DNA of 35,459 nucleotides from an uncultured archaeon. GTDB taxonomy: Archaea > Asgardarchaeota > Thorarchaeia > Thorarchaeales > Thorarchaeaceae. Position 1 is the first letter of the stretch. The number at the start of each line of letters is the position of its first letter. The notes under the pieces are model-generated. The model worked only from the letters and a program-made list of their open reading frames with translations, searched no databases and was not told the origin of the DNA. The translations under genes were made by a program, and so were the position numbers. Location: contig CAZPWM010000012.1 of assembly GCA_964590575.1 (NCBI GenBank), positions 17,993 through 53,451 on the forward strand, read 5' to 3'. This document shows positions 27,783 to 35,459 of the stretch, piece by piece.

Positions 27783-28541
27783 TTGGTAGACCAATCACAA
27801 ATCATCGAACTGGAGCAGGTGGCATCAAACGCGTGGGTGGCAGAAGAAATAGAACGTCTTGGTGGATGGCTTCTCCGTGCGAATAAAGGGATAACACGTC
27901 GTGCAAACAGCGTGCTTCCACTTGGTCCACCACCACCACCACATGACGAGGCAATTGAGAAAGTGATAAAATTCTACAAAGAGAGAAATCTCATTCCTCG
28001 ATTTCAGATGACCGAAGCCAGCAAACCTATTGAATTAGACAGAGACCTCTCAGAACGTGGATTCTCGGTTGGATTACAAGTAGAGATTCACACTGCTGCG
28101 ATAAATCACCTTGCTCAAAAGGAACCTGCTTTTGACGTACTGATATCAAATGATATCTCAGATGGTTGGTTGTCGGTGTACAGTGAATCATCTGGTTACG
28201 ATGAAGCATCAATGGAAACACGTAAGGACTTGATGAAACGGACGGCTCTCCAAAAGGGATTTGCAATAGCTCGAATCGATAGAGAACTGGCAGGAGTTGG
28301 TTTTGGAGTTGTTGAGAACAAATGGTTGGGTCTCTTCAATATAGCTGTTCATCCATCAATGCGGGGGAAAGGTGTTGCGCAAGCAGTGAACATAGCCCTT
28401 GCAAGGTGGGCTGACCAAAGAGGGGCACGATCAGCTTATCTTCAGGTAGAGTCTGAAAATATTCCTGCCCTCAAGCTCTACGCCAAATTAGGATTTCAGC
28501 ATGCATACACATATTGGTATCGTAAATTAGATGAAGAATAA
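27783..28541 (+). CDS. GNAT family N-acetyltransferase
   Basis: GGWLLR...ITRRANSV N-terminal domain; VHPSMRGKGVA, AYLQVESEN...LYAKLGF; TTG start. Confidence 0.9.
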   Translation: MVDQSQIIELEQVASNAWVAEEIERLGGWLLRANKGITRRANSVLPLGPPPPPHDEAIEKVIKFYKERNLIPRFQMTEASKPIELDRDLSERGFSVGLQVEIHTAAINHLAQKEPAFDVLISNDISDGWLSVYSESSGYDEASMETRKDLMKRTALQKGFAIARIDRELAGVGFGVVENKWLGLFNIAVHPSMRGKGVAQAVNIALARWADQRGARSAYLQVESENIPALKLYAKLGFQHAYTYWYRKLDEE

Positions 28542-28589
28542 TAGAAACAGGTGGAAGTCTATCTCCCACCTGTCAAATCTAGAGTGTTT

Positions 28590-29504
28590 TCACAGCCTTC
28601 GGGCCAGACCTTCGTACTCAGACTTGATTTTGAGTGCTATATCAGAACCACCAAAATCACCAGGTGTGATTATCAGTTCATTACCATCTAGAACTGCTTC
28701 AATAACCATGACTCCTGGGGATTCTATCTTCAAACCATACTTGCCTTTCCGGTCAAAACGCTCAGTATAGACAAGCTCGGAATTGCGAGTGATTGATAGC
28801 ATGAGGTAAGCAATCTTCTTTTCAGCTAGAGAAGCTGAAGGGGCTGGAGGAGGAGGCTTTACAGCAGGCTCTTCTTTCACTGTTTCAGCAAATAGTGTGG
28901 GTGCTGGCTTTGGTTTGGGTGCTCCAGCTATTGGTTCATCGTACACTGGTTTCGGTTTTGGTGCTCCAGCTATTGGTTCATCATACTTTGGTTTCGGCTT
29001 GGGTGCTCCAGCTATTGGTTCGGTGAACGCTGGTTTTGGTCTTGGCACCTCAGCTACCGGTTCTGAATCAGGCAGCGTCTTCTTTGTTGGTGCTCCTGCG
29101 ATTGACGAACTCGGTGTGGTCTCTCCTTTATAGGCTAGAACACCATCATCAAATGACCATCTTCCTTCCAAGGCTCCTCGAAACTCTGCAATATTGTTTG
29201 CTACATCCTGATCCGAGTCATCCTTTTCCATCATTTCGACAAACCTGGTGGTTGCAAGGCCAATTGTTGTTATTCCCACTTGGTGTCCTGATTTCTGTAG
29301 TCCTCTTGCAATTCTGAGAGTGTGCATTCTTGTTGGCATGGCGACACGACGTCCAACCCATGCCCAACATGTATCATTATATTCATCTAACACAATGAGT
29401 GCATTGTCGCTATTGACCAAATTTGAATCTAATCTAACAGCGTTCACTTCACCCGAATCATCTTTTAACATAAGCATGAATGGCTTTCTTGAGAGGTTCT
29501 TCAT
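28590..29504 (-). CDS. Gelsolin-like domain protein with Pro/Lys-rich tandem-repeat linker
   Basis: LVNSDNALIVLDEYNDTCWAWVGRR...RIARGL resembles the gelsolin LxSxDxFILD...IxxWxG core; EPIAGAPKPKP repeats; PPPP; ~80-aa C-terminal domain. Start 29504 (ATG) or 29537. Confidence 0.7.
   Translation of the reverse strand: MKNLSRKPFMLMLKDDSGEVNAVRLDSNLVNSDNALIVLDEYNDTCWAWVGRRVAMPTRMHTLRIARGLQKSGHQVGITTIGLATTRFVEMMEKDDSDQDVANNIAEFRGALEGRWSFDDGVLAYKGETTPSSSIAGAPTKKTLPDSEPVAEVPRPKPAFTEPIAGAPKPKPKYDEPIAGAPKPKPVYDEPIAGAPKPKPAPTLFAETVKEEPAVKPPPPAPSASLAEKKIAYLMLSITRNSELVYTERFDRKGKYGLKIESPGVMVIEAVLDGNELIITPGDFGGSDIALKIKSEYEGLARRL
28896..29063 (-). repeat. Coding 42-bp tandem repeat, about 4 units (EPIAGAPKPKPxxx)
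   Basis: ggtgctccagctattggttc occurs exactly at 28918, 28960 and 29002; a diverged unit encodes EPVAEVPRPKPAFT. Confidence 0.95.
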
Positions 29505-29591
29505 AGGAATCCAATGCCTCCGAAAATATAATCCCAAATACGCCTCGGCGTCCGTTGCATAAAAGAAAATCTTAGATGTAAAGAATGCCTG

Positions 29592-29858
29592 CTAGGAGCC
29601 TAAACTTGTGGAAGTCATATCGATCTCACTGTCAATGACAAGGATTGATTGTGTGTCCTCGATACCTTTTATCTTTCGGACTTTATCTGTGATGATCTCA
29701 ACCAATGTTTCCATGTCGCGGCCCCTCACTTCCGCTACAATATCGTAGGGTCCGAATACCTTGTGCGCTTCCTCTGTGACGGATAGTGCCAGCATATCCT
29801 TGAGTACTGAGTCCTCGTGACCGACTGCGGCTTTGATTAAAATGTAGGCTTTTACCAT
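29592..29858 (-). CDS. Stand-alone Lrp/AsnC ligand-binding (RAM) domain protein
   Basis: MVKAYILIK...VFGPYDIVAEV...KVRKIKGIEDTQS; GGTGA RBS before ATG 29858 (track start 29921). Confidence 0.9.
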   Translation of the reverse strand: MVKAYILIKAAVGHEDSVLKDMLALSVTEEAHKVFGPYDIVAEVRGRDMETLVEIITDKVRKIKGIEDTQSILVIDSEIDMTSTSLGS

Positions 29859-30088
29859 GGCTGTCACCACAGAACAATTTGTCTTCGGCTCAATAGAACT
29901 GATAACTTTTGCTCTATTCAATCGCTATATTGTCAAAATCTCCGATTGGCTTACTAGATTTAACATTCGATGTTCGAAGCCGTAGCTAAGATCGCCTTGG
30001 CAAAACATGCTTCACTAGTAGAAATCTAGCTACAACATCCAATCGTTGCTAGGCTGCCTTCGTGGAGTGCCTACTCTACTTTTCTTCA

Positions 30089-31204
30089 CTATTTTCTTGA
30101 TTTCCAGATTACCAGAACCAGTATAACAACTAATGAAACTCCGATAACGCCAACAATCATCTCGAAGGGGATCATCGGTTCCTCAGCTGGTTCATGATTT
30201 ACCGTGATTTTAATTACACCATTTTGAGTGTTCCCTAAGGTGTCATTGACACTCACAGATATGAAATAATCACCAGCAGCTAGCTGAGTATTATTCGCGA
30301 CAACTCCATCGTTATCTATGACGAAGTTCTGAGTGTCATTTATCCACCACTTGTCTAGTCCTGAGTAGTCTGTTGCATTCAAATCGTAATAGAAGGGTTC
30401 CCCGACTATAATCTGCTTATTCGAAACTGGTGGGTCCCACTTCGGTGGGGCTTTATCATAATCTATGGTGTCACTGACCGTGATATTGTCTATCGCTGGA
30501 TTTGCCATACCAAAGATACCGAAACGCTCTGATGTTGTGTGAGTACTATCCTTTACATCTAGGATAACCGACCCATTCAGATAGACATAGAACTGTCCTG
30601 ATGGTTCTCTTGTGACAATGAATCTCTTCCATCCGCTTATATTACTAACACCGTAGGTATCAAGAAAGTTGGTTCCTCCAGAAACAGTATTCCTGGCAAA
30701 ACGAATTTCTCCACCGGGTCCAAGTTCGTAGAACCAGAAGCAAAGGAAGTATGCATCTGAACTACCATCTGCGGGCAGCCAATGCTCTCCGAATTTCTCG
30801 CCAATGAAGCTAACCCCAAAACGATTGAATCCATCGGGATGCTGCACATCAACATCAAAACTCCAAGTCCCGTAAGCTATAGAGCTATTATACGCCGCAA
30901 AGTTCCATTCTGGACCAATCGATCGTAGTATACCACCACTAACTGAAAACAAATCATTTGGGTCCTTAGTCCAATTTACAGTTCCGTCTGGCAAGGTCCA
31001 GTTTATCTCAAAGATTTCCCAATCACTTAGGTTACCATCATCAAAGTTCTCTGTCCAGACCACTCCTGACGGAATGTAGGGTGATACTGCATCTGTCACT
31101 GCGTATTCTTCAATATGTGGTGCCTGACCGATGCACACTACAGACATCATTGCGATGATGCTAATCGTAATGACGATATTCAACGAATACTTCTTCAATC
31201 TCAT
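30089..31204 (-). CDS. Membrane-anchored extracellular protein (concanavalin-like beta-sandwich plus cadherin/Ig-like domain)
   Basis: Signal peptide, WTENFDDGNLSDW, GWKRFIVTR...FYVYLNG, IDNITV, YDLNATD...VSVNDTLGN, C-terminal TM then KSRK; GGAGGA RBS before ATG 31204. Confidence 0.7.
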   Translation of the reverse strand: MRLKKYSLNIVITISIIAMMSVVCIGQAPHIEEYAVTDAVSPYIPSGVVWTENFDDGNLSDWEIFEINWTLPDGTVNWTKDPNDLFSVSGGILRSIGPEWNFAAYNSSIAYGTWSFDVDVQHPDGFNRFGVSFIGEKFGEHWLPADGSSDAYFLCFWFYELGPGGEIRFARNTVSGGTNFLDTYGVSNISGWKRFIVTREPSGQFYVYLNGSVILDVKDSTHTTSERFGIFGMANPAIDNITVSDTIDYDKAPPKWDPPVSNKQIIVGEPFYYDLNATDYSGLDKWWINDTQNFVIDNDGVVANNTQLAAGDYFISVSVNDTLGNTQNGVIKITVNHEPAEEPMIPFEMIVGVIGVSLVVILVLVIWKSRK

Positions 31205-31338
31205 TCCTCCTGAAACCATACAACATTCAACTATTCCTCTAACCTTCTTATCAATTTAGCGAGTTAATGAACAATTAAGCATCGGTGCACGTCAGAAACA
31301 AAACTATGGATTCGCAGAATGGAGAACTATAAGAAACT

Positions 31339-31369
31339 GTGGTGGGCAGCCATAGCTGCCCAACTTCTT
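31339..31369 (-). terminator. GC-rich 3' hairpin, copy 1
   Basis: TGGGCAGC-cata-GCTGCCCA perfect 8-bp stem, about 20 nt after the stop at 31383. Confidence 0.6.
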
Positions 31370-31382
31370 ATTCACATTTTTC

Positions 31383-32186
31383 TTACTCTTGATTCCGAAG
31401 ATAGAACTTAGCAAAGCCCTTTCTTGTAATAAGAGGAAGAAGCAGAATCGCTACTATGATTATCAACGCTGTACCAATGGCTGTAAAATAGATGATTGGA
31501 ATCGCGCTCTGATTTGTTGCAATTCCTACTGTTGCCCATACTACCACTAGACCATATGCAGCATCCCTACGAGTGACCAGCATAAGCATTGTAATGATTA
31601 GTGCAATAATGATCACTAACGCAGTCCAGAGTTCTTGTATCGCCAAGGGAATTCCTGGAATAATCACATTGAGAACAGATGCAATGTTAGCTATCACAGC
31701 TAATGATACCCACCCCGCGTACACACTAACAGGTAGATGGACTGCAATCTTTTGTTTTATGGGAACATTGACTGCGCCAATCTCCAGCTTGACATAGGTA
31801 TACAGCATTAGAACCAGAAACAGTCCAATTAGAATTGGAGTGAACACATAGATTCCTGGTTGACCAAAAGAATAATGGAATAGAATAAGCCATGAAGTAT
31901 TGATGAGCCCACCCAGTACAAAGAATACTGCTGTTGGTTTGAGATATGCTGCTTCTTTCTGGCTTGGCAGGACTTGAAAGATCATAAAGACAATGAGCAG
32001 TGTGTAGATGACACTCCAAATTGAAAACACATAGCCTGGAGGTGTGAATAGGCTAGGATAGGCATCTGAAACTTCTTTGGAAGTCACGCCATTCACAAGC
32101 AAGATTTCTGCAAGCGCGTTGACTACTATTGTAATGATAATTGCAAGTATATTTGCTACTTGAAGGATATTCGGTTTTTTACTCAA
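31383..32186 (-). CDS. TspO/MBR-related tryptophan-rich sensory membrane protein
   Basis: VSDAYPSLFTPPGYVFSIWSVIY, NTSWLILF, PVSVYAGWVSLA, YGLVVVWA; about 8 TMs; TTG start after GAGGAG. Confidence 0.8.
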   Translation of the reverse strand: MSKKPNILQVANILAIIITIVVNALAEILLVNGVTSKEVSDAYPSLFTPPGYVFSIWSVIYTLLIVFMIFQVLPSQKEAAYLKPTAVFFVLGGLINTSWLILFHYSFGQPGIYVFTPILIGLFLVLMLYTYVKLEIGAVNVPIKQKIAVHLPVSVYAGWVSLAVIANIASVLNVIIPGIPLAIQELWTALVIIIALIITMLMLVTRRDAAYGLVVVWATVGIATNQSAIPIIYFTAIGTALIIIVAILLLPLITRKGFAKFYLRNQE

Positions 32187-32319
32187 TTCATCTCCTCACA
32201 TCTGTCAAGCCAGTATACAATATAAACTTAACTATTGTTACTCACTAATAGGTTGAGGACTGAAATGCTTTCAGCATGTTCGGAGCTATGAATTACAAAG
32301 AATAGAGATAGAATGAAGT

Positions 32320-32350
32320 GTAGTGGGCAGCTTAAGCCGCCCAACTTCTT
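32320..32350 (-). terminator. GC-rich 3' hairpin, copy 2
   Basis: 26/31 identical to copy 1; minus-strand stem TGGGCGGC-ttaa-GCTGCCCA with one G-U pair; about 30 nt after the stop at 32382. Confidence 0.6.
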
Positions 32351-32381
32351 TTGGCAAAAAGAAATGCTTGGTCTTGATTGG

Positions 32382-32576
32382 TCACTGCATGGCAAATCGA
32401 GGACACTTTTCCTTCGATATACCAGGAGTTTCGCAAGGCTTTTGCATGCCTTGGTAGAACTTGAAACCATCAACACCGCATGTTCCATCGGCCGCGTTAT
32501 ACTCTGGACAGGTCATTGCACATTCTTCCAACTTTTGACTTTTAGTCCTTGGTCCCACGGTCCCCCGGACTATCAT
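32382..32576 (-). CDS. Small Cys-rich protein (64 aa), putative metal/Fe-S binding
   Basis: GGAGAGGT RBS before ATG 32576; CAMTCPEY...TC...PC...CP (5 Cys); followed by a hairpin. Track start 32648. Confidence 0.6.
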   Translation of the reverse strand: MIVRGTVGPRTKSQKLEECAMTCPEYNAADGTCGVDGFKFYQGMQKPCETPGISKEKCPRFAMQ

Positions 32577-32644
32577 ACGGACCTCTCCTCTGGCACATAT
32601 TAAGCTATTTCGGCTAATTGCCTTCCAGTAAACCTCTTCTCGCA

Positions 32645-33445
32645 TCACAAGTGTCCACGGTCAACGAGAACCTCCCGGAGAATTGCAGGATAGTCGGTGA
32701 ATATACCGTTCACTTCCATGTTGAGCAATCGTTCCATGTCCTCCCTATTATTGATAGTCCAGACATGTACTACAAGGTCTCTGTCGTGCGCAGCTTTAAT
32801 GAATCGTGGGGTGACAACCTGAACTGATCCACTACGTTCAGGAACTTGGAATGCTCTAAATGCAATTGATCTCACAAACATTCCCATCATTCGCATTCGC
32901 GTCCCTATTACAAAATTCCGTATCTCGTTCGGGTGGGCTGATGTTGGAATCTTGGGCGCCGCTTCTCTGAATCTCTTCAACTGTAGTGGATTAAATGAGG
33001 CTATCATTATCCGGTCATACCTCTCTTGCTCATCCAAAATTCGTGCTACTTCTCTTGGAGCTTCAAGAAATGTATCCTTGATATCAAAATTAAGAATGGT
33101 GTCTGGAAATCGTGTGAGGGCTTCCTCCAATCTCACAACCTTCAATCCCTTCCCTCTAAATGGGTACGTCTGTCCACCATCTGTTGTGAATTCATGCCCT
33201 AGATCAATCTGAAGTAATTCATCGAATGTTTTCTCCCGGACTGTTCCTGACACTCCCGTCGTGCGTTCTAGTGATTCATCATGGAACAGGATTGGGATGT
33301 TATCCTTTGTGAGGCGAAGGTCAGACTCTAGCACATCCACTCCAATCCTTACTGCAGCCTCCAGAGCAAGTATAGTGTTCTCTGGAATTTTTCCGGACTC
33401 TCCACGATGAGCCATTATCAGTGGTCGACCGATATCAAATATCAT
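32645..33445 (-). CDS. Glycerophosphodiester phosphodiesterase family protein
   Basis: AHRG, PENT, LESDLRLTKD, FHD, NFDIK, VHVWTIN, GIFTDYP. Confidence 0.93.
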   Translation of the reverse strand: MIFDIGRPLIMAHRGESGKIPENTILALEAAVRIGVDVLESDLRLTKDNIPILFHDESLERTTGVSGTVREKTFDELLQIDLGHEFTTDGGQTYPFRGKGLKVVRLEEALTRFPDTILNFDIKDTFLEAPREVARILDEQERYDRIMIASFNPLQLKRFREAAPKIPTSAHPNEIRNFVIGTRMRMMGMFVRSIAFRAFQVPERSGSVQVVTPRFIKAAHDRDLVVHVWTINNREDMERLLNMEVNGIFTDYPAILREVLVDRGHL

Positions 33446-33570
33446 CTCTAATCAACAAAAAGTGAATGGACATAGCTCCGCATAAGTTCTCCTAGTCCAA
33501 CCTTGGAAATAGACCAAGTTTATATGTCTTCAAAAGTTAGACTAAACTAACTCTTGTGTGGGGGTTTTGA

Positions 33571-34980
33571 ATGCAAGAAGCTAGATCCATAGACGATCTC
33601 TGGAATCTCAGCGAGGAGGAGATACGCTTTGTTAAACATGATCGAAATATAACTGAAACCATGCGTGGAGATCCCGCTGATACATTGCTCTATGCAGTTC
33701 TTTGCTCAATATATGAGGGTCATACCACAAAATCTGAACTCTATATCCATTTGGAGTCAATGTTTGTTGTTCGTTTAGGTAGGATGACTGTATCTCCAGT
33801 TGATGTTGATGAGGTCATTCAATATGGTCTTAATGAAAAATTGATAGTCATGAATCAAAATGAGTTCGCACTCTCAACACTAGGAACTAATATTCTCAAG
33901 CAATCAAGAAAACAAGTACTACATGAAGGCTACTGGATGAAACGATTTCTACAAGAGAAGTGGGTCATTATCACCTCCGCCTCAGTCCTCGTTCTTCTTG
34001 TGATTCTAAAACTCTGGATTGGATTCAGCATAGGGAGTCGAGCTATGATGAATGACGGTCTGGAGAACCTTACTGACCTATTTGTTGTGGGAATCATTGC
34101 TCTTAGTCTAAAGTATGAACGTGACCGTTTAGGTGCAATTGCCATAATGGCCTTCATGTTGTTCTCGGGAACACTACTTGGGTATAATGCAATATTGAGA
34201 TTGATAACTCCAGAAGTCATGAATGTTACATTCTGGGGTTATATTGTCACAACGTTTTCAATCGCAATGACCTATGGTCTCATTTGGTACAAAACATTAG
34301 TTGGTCGCATGTCAGGCAATCTCGCACTTGTGAGTGATGCTAAGGAAGACCAGACGCATATCCGAATTGGTGCTGGTGTACTAATTGGGCTATTCTTTGC
34401 TGAGTTTCAAATCTATGTGATTGACTCAATAGTTGCAATACTCATTGCAATGGTAATCATCTGGGAAGGTATTGAAGCTTTACGCGAGATTCTGCAAGCT
34501 GGAGATGAGCTTAGCGTTGATACTATCCATCTTGCAGCCGCTGCCCAATATGATGACCTTATGACTGCATGGTTATTGGCTCGACTTGCTAGAAGCCCCT
34601 GTACTGAAGAAAATCTCAATCAAGCATTTATCAAGGGAATAACTATCGGACACAAGTATTTTGATGTGCACGCAGTTTTAGGATTTAGAAACCTAGAAGA
34701 AAAAGGGATTGCAAAACACATTCAGATTGCCAGACGAAGCGGTTTGATAAGAAAGGAGAATGAAACTCTATCCATCACCAATAATGGTCTCTCGATGTAC
34801 TACAAGAACAGAGTTACCGAACTTAAGAAAGTGGCTAAGCATTTCTCAAGAAGACGATCCCACTTCAGGAGTGCCGCCTACTCAGTCTTTGGATGGGTCA
34901 TTTTCATTCTTCTAATCTTCTATGGCGAAACAGTCTATACTGCGTTGATGAGCTTTCTTCATGCACTCCTAGGATTTTAG
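33571..34980 (+). CDS. Cation diffusion facilitator-like transporter flanked by two winged-helix-like domains
   Basis: Six-TM core: LKLWIGFSIGSRAMMNDGLENLTD, GNLALVSDAKEDQTH, IDSIVAILIAMVII; extra C-terminal TM; similar soluble domains either side. Confidence 0.75.
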   Translation: MQEARSIDDLWNLSEEEIRFVKHDRNITETMRGDPADTLLYAVLCSIYEGHTTKSELYIHLESMFVVRLGRMTVSPVDVDEVIQYGLNEKLIVMNQNEFALSTLGTNILKQSRKQVLHEGYWMKRFLQEKWVIITSASVLVLLVILKLWIGFSIGSRAMMNDGLENLTDLFVVGIIALSLKYERDRLGAIAIMAFMLFSGTLLGYNAILRLITPEVMNVTFWGYIVTTFSIAMTYGLIWYKTLVGRMSGNLALVSDAKEDQTHIRIGAGVLIGLFFAEFQIYVIDSIVAILIAMVIIWEGIEALREILQAGDELSVDTIHLAAAAQYDDLMTAWLLARLARSPCTEENLNQAFIKGITIGHKYFDVHAVLGFRNLEEKGIAKHIQIARRSGLIRKENETLSITNNGLSMYYKNRVTELKKVAKHFSRRRSHFRSAAYSVFGWVIFILLIFYGETVYTALMSFLHALLGF

Positions 34981-34985
34981 TAAAA

Positions 34986-35459
34986 CTAGAACTGAAATGC
35001 AACTTTGATTGCGGTATTCTTTCCCTTGTTCGAAGCCACAGCGAATGCTGTCTTGTACTCGTGAAGGTTGTATTTGTGTGTAACAAGTCCATCAAACAGA
35101 ACCGGGTTTTCATTTATCATCTTGAAAGCCAGCTTGAGCGTGTCGATTGATTTTCCATCATGAACCTCGCGCCCATGCATCATTGAACCAAGCACGTTCA
35201 CCTGTTTGTATACCGCTAATATCCAATCAGTTTTCTTTGTGACACCGAAATCCATACCGACTATAACAAGAGTTCCATTATTTCTGATAAGATGTAGCGA
35301 GTCATCTAAGGTTGAATCGCTACCTACGGTGTCGAATATGATGTCAGGTCCTGATCCCCCATAGAGAATCTTGCTACCAATGGTTGGCTTTAGGAGATGT
35401 CCGTTAGTGCTTTCTGCGACTCTCTGATAGAGTGCATCCCTCTCTTTCTCTGATATCAC
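34986..35459 (-). CDS. Zn-dependent (MDR family) alcohol dehydrogenase, C-terminal part; 5' end outside window
   Basis: DIIFDTVG, GTLVIVG, VLGS, LVTHKYNLHEYKTAF, IKVAF; ORF runs off the window edge. Confidence 0.85.
   Translation of the reverse strand: MISEKERDALYQRVAESTNGHLLKPTIGSKILYGGSGPDIIFDTVGSDSTLDDSLHLIRNNGTLVIVGMDFGVTKKTDWILAVYKQVNVLGSMMHGREVHDGKSIDTLKLAFKMINENPVLFDGLVTHKYNLHEYKTAFAVASNKGKNTAIKVAFQF

Noticed and set aside
29922-30088. tRNA or ncRNA in this intergenic region (contains gttcga)
   Set aside because: No cloverleaf or acceptor stem could be built around it.
32310-32384. Hairpin as a SECIS recoding the TGA at 32382-32384 to selenocysteine
   Set aside because: No AUGA/GA quartet seen; the readthrough sequence is uninformative; the other copy follows a TAA-terminated gene.

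Overview
Gene-dense archaeal region, most likely from an Asgard archaeon (Thorarchaeia-like). This is inferred from a longin-domain protein, a gelsolin-like protein, a Vps62-like protein, GGAGG/GGTGA ribosome-binding sites and frequent TTG/GTG starts. I saw no rRNA, tRNA, CRISPR array or mobile element. The centrepiece is a translationally coupled ~15 kb minus-strand operon (4808-19885) with five genes. (1) An ABC-2 permease. (2) An ABC ATPase with a tandem-duplicated TrmB-sugar-binding-like N-terminal extension. (3) A membrane-anchored subtilase that has lost its catalytic Ser and carries a GIFT (GldG/IFT52/site-1-protease-like) domain. (4) A second ABC ATPase. (5) A 2276-aa surface protein with an FG-GAP/BBS2-like propeller, a ~1700-aa Ca-binding DxDxDG stalk, one TM helix and a cytoplasmic domain resembling the beta-COP/adaptin appendage. 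The rest comprises a Ddl-like ligase/GNAT/PLP-enzyme trio, TPR and YhhN genes, a glycosidase-like gene, nadB, lipid-modifying enzymes, a CDF transporter flanked by two winged-helix-like domains, two small proteins, and a twice-repeated 3' hairpin. All family calls come from motif recognition by eye; no searches were run.
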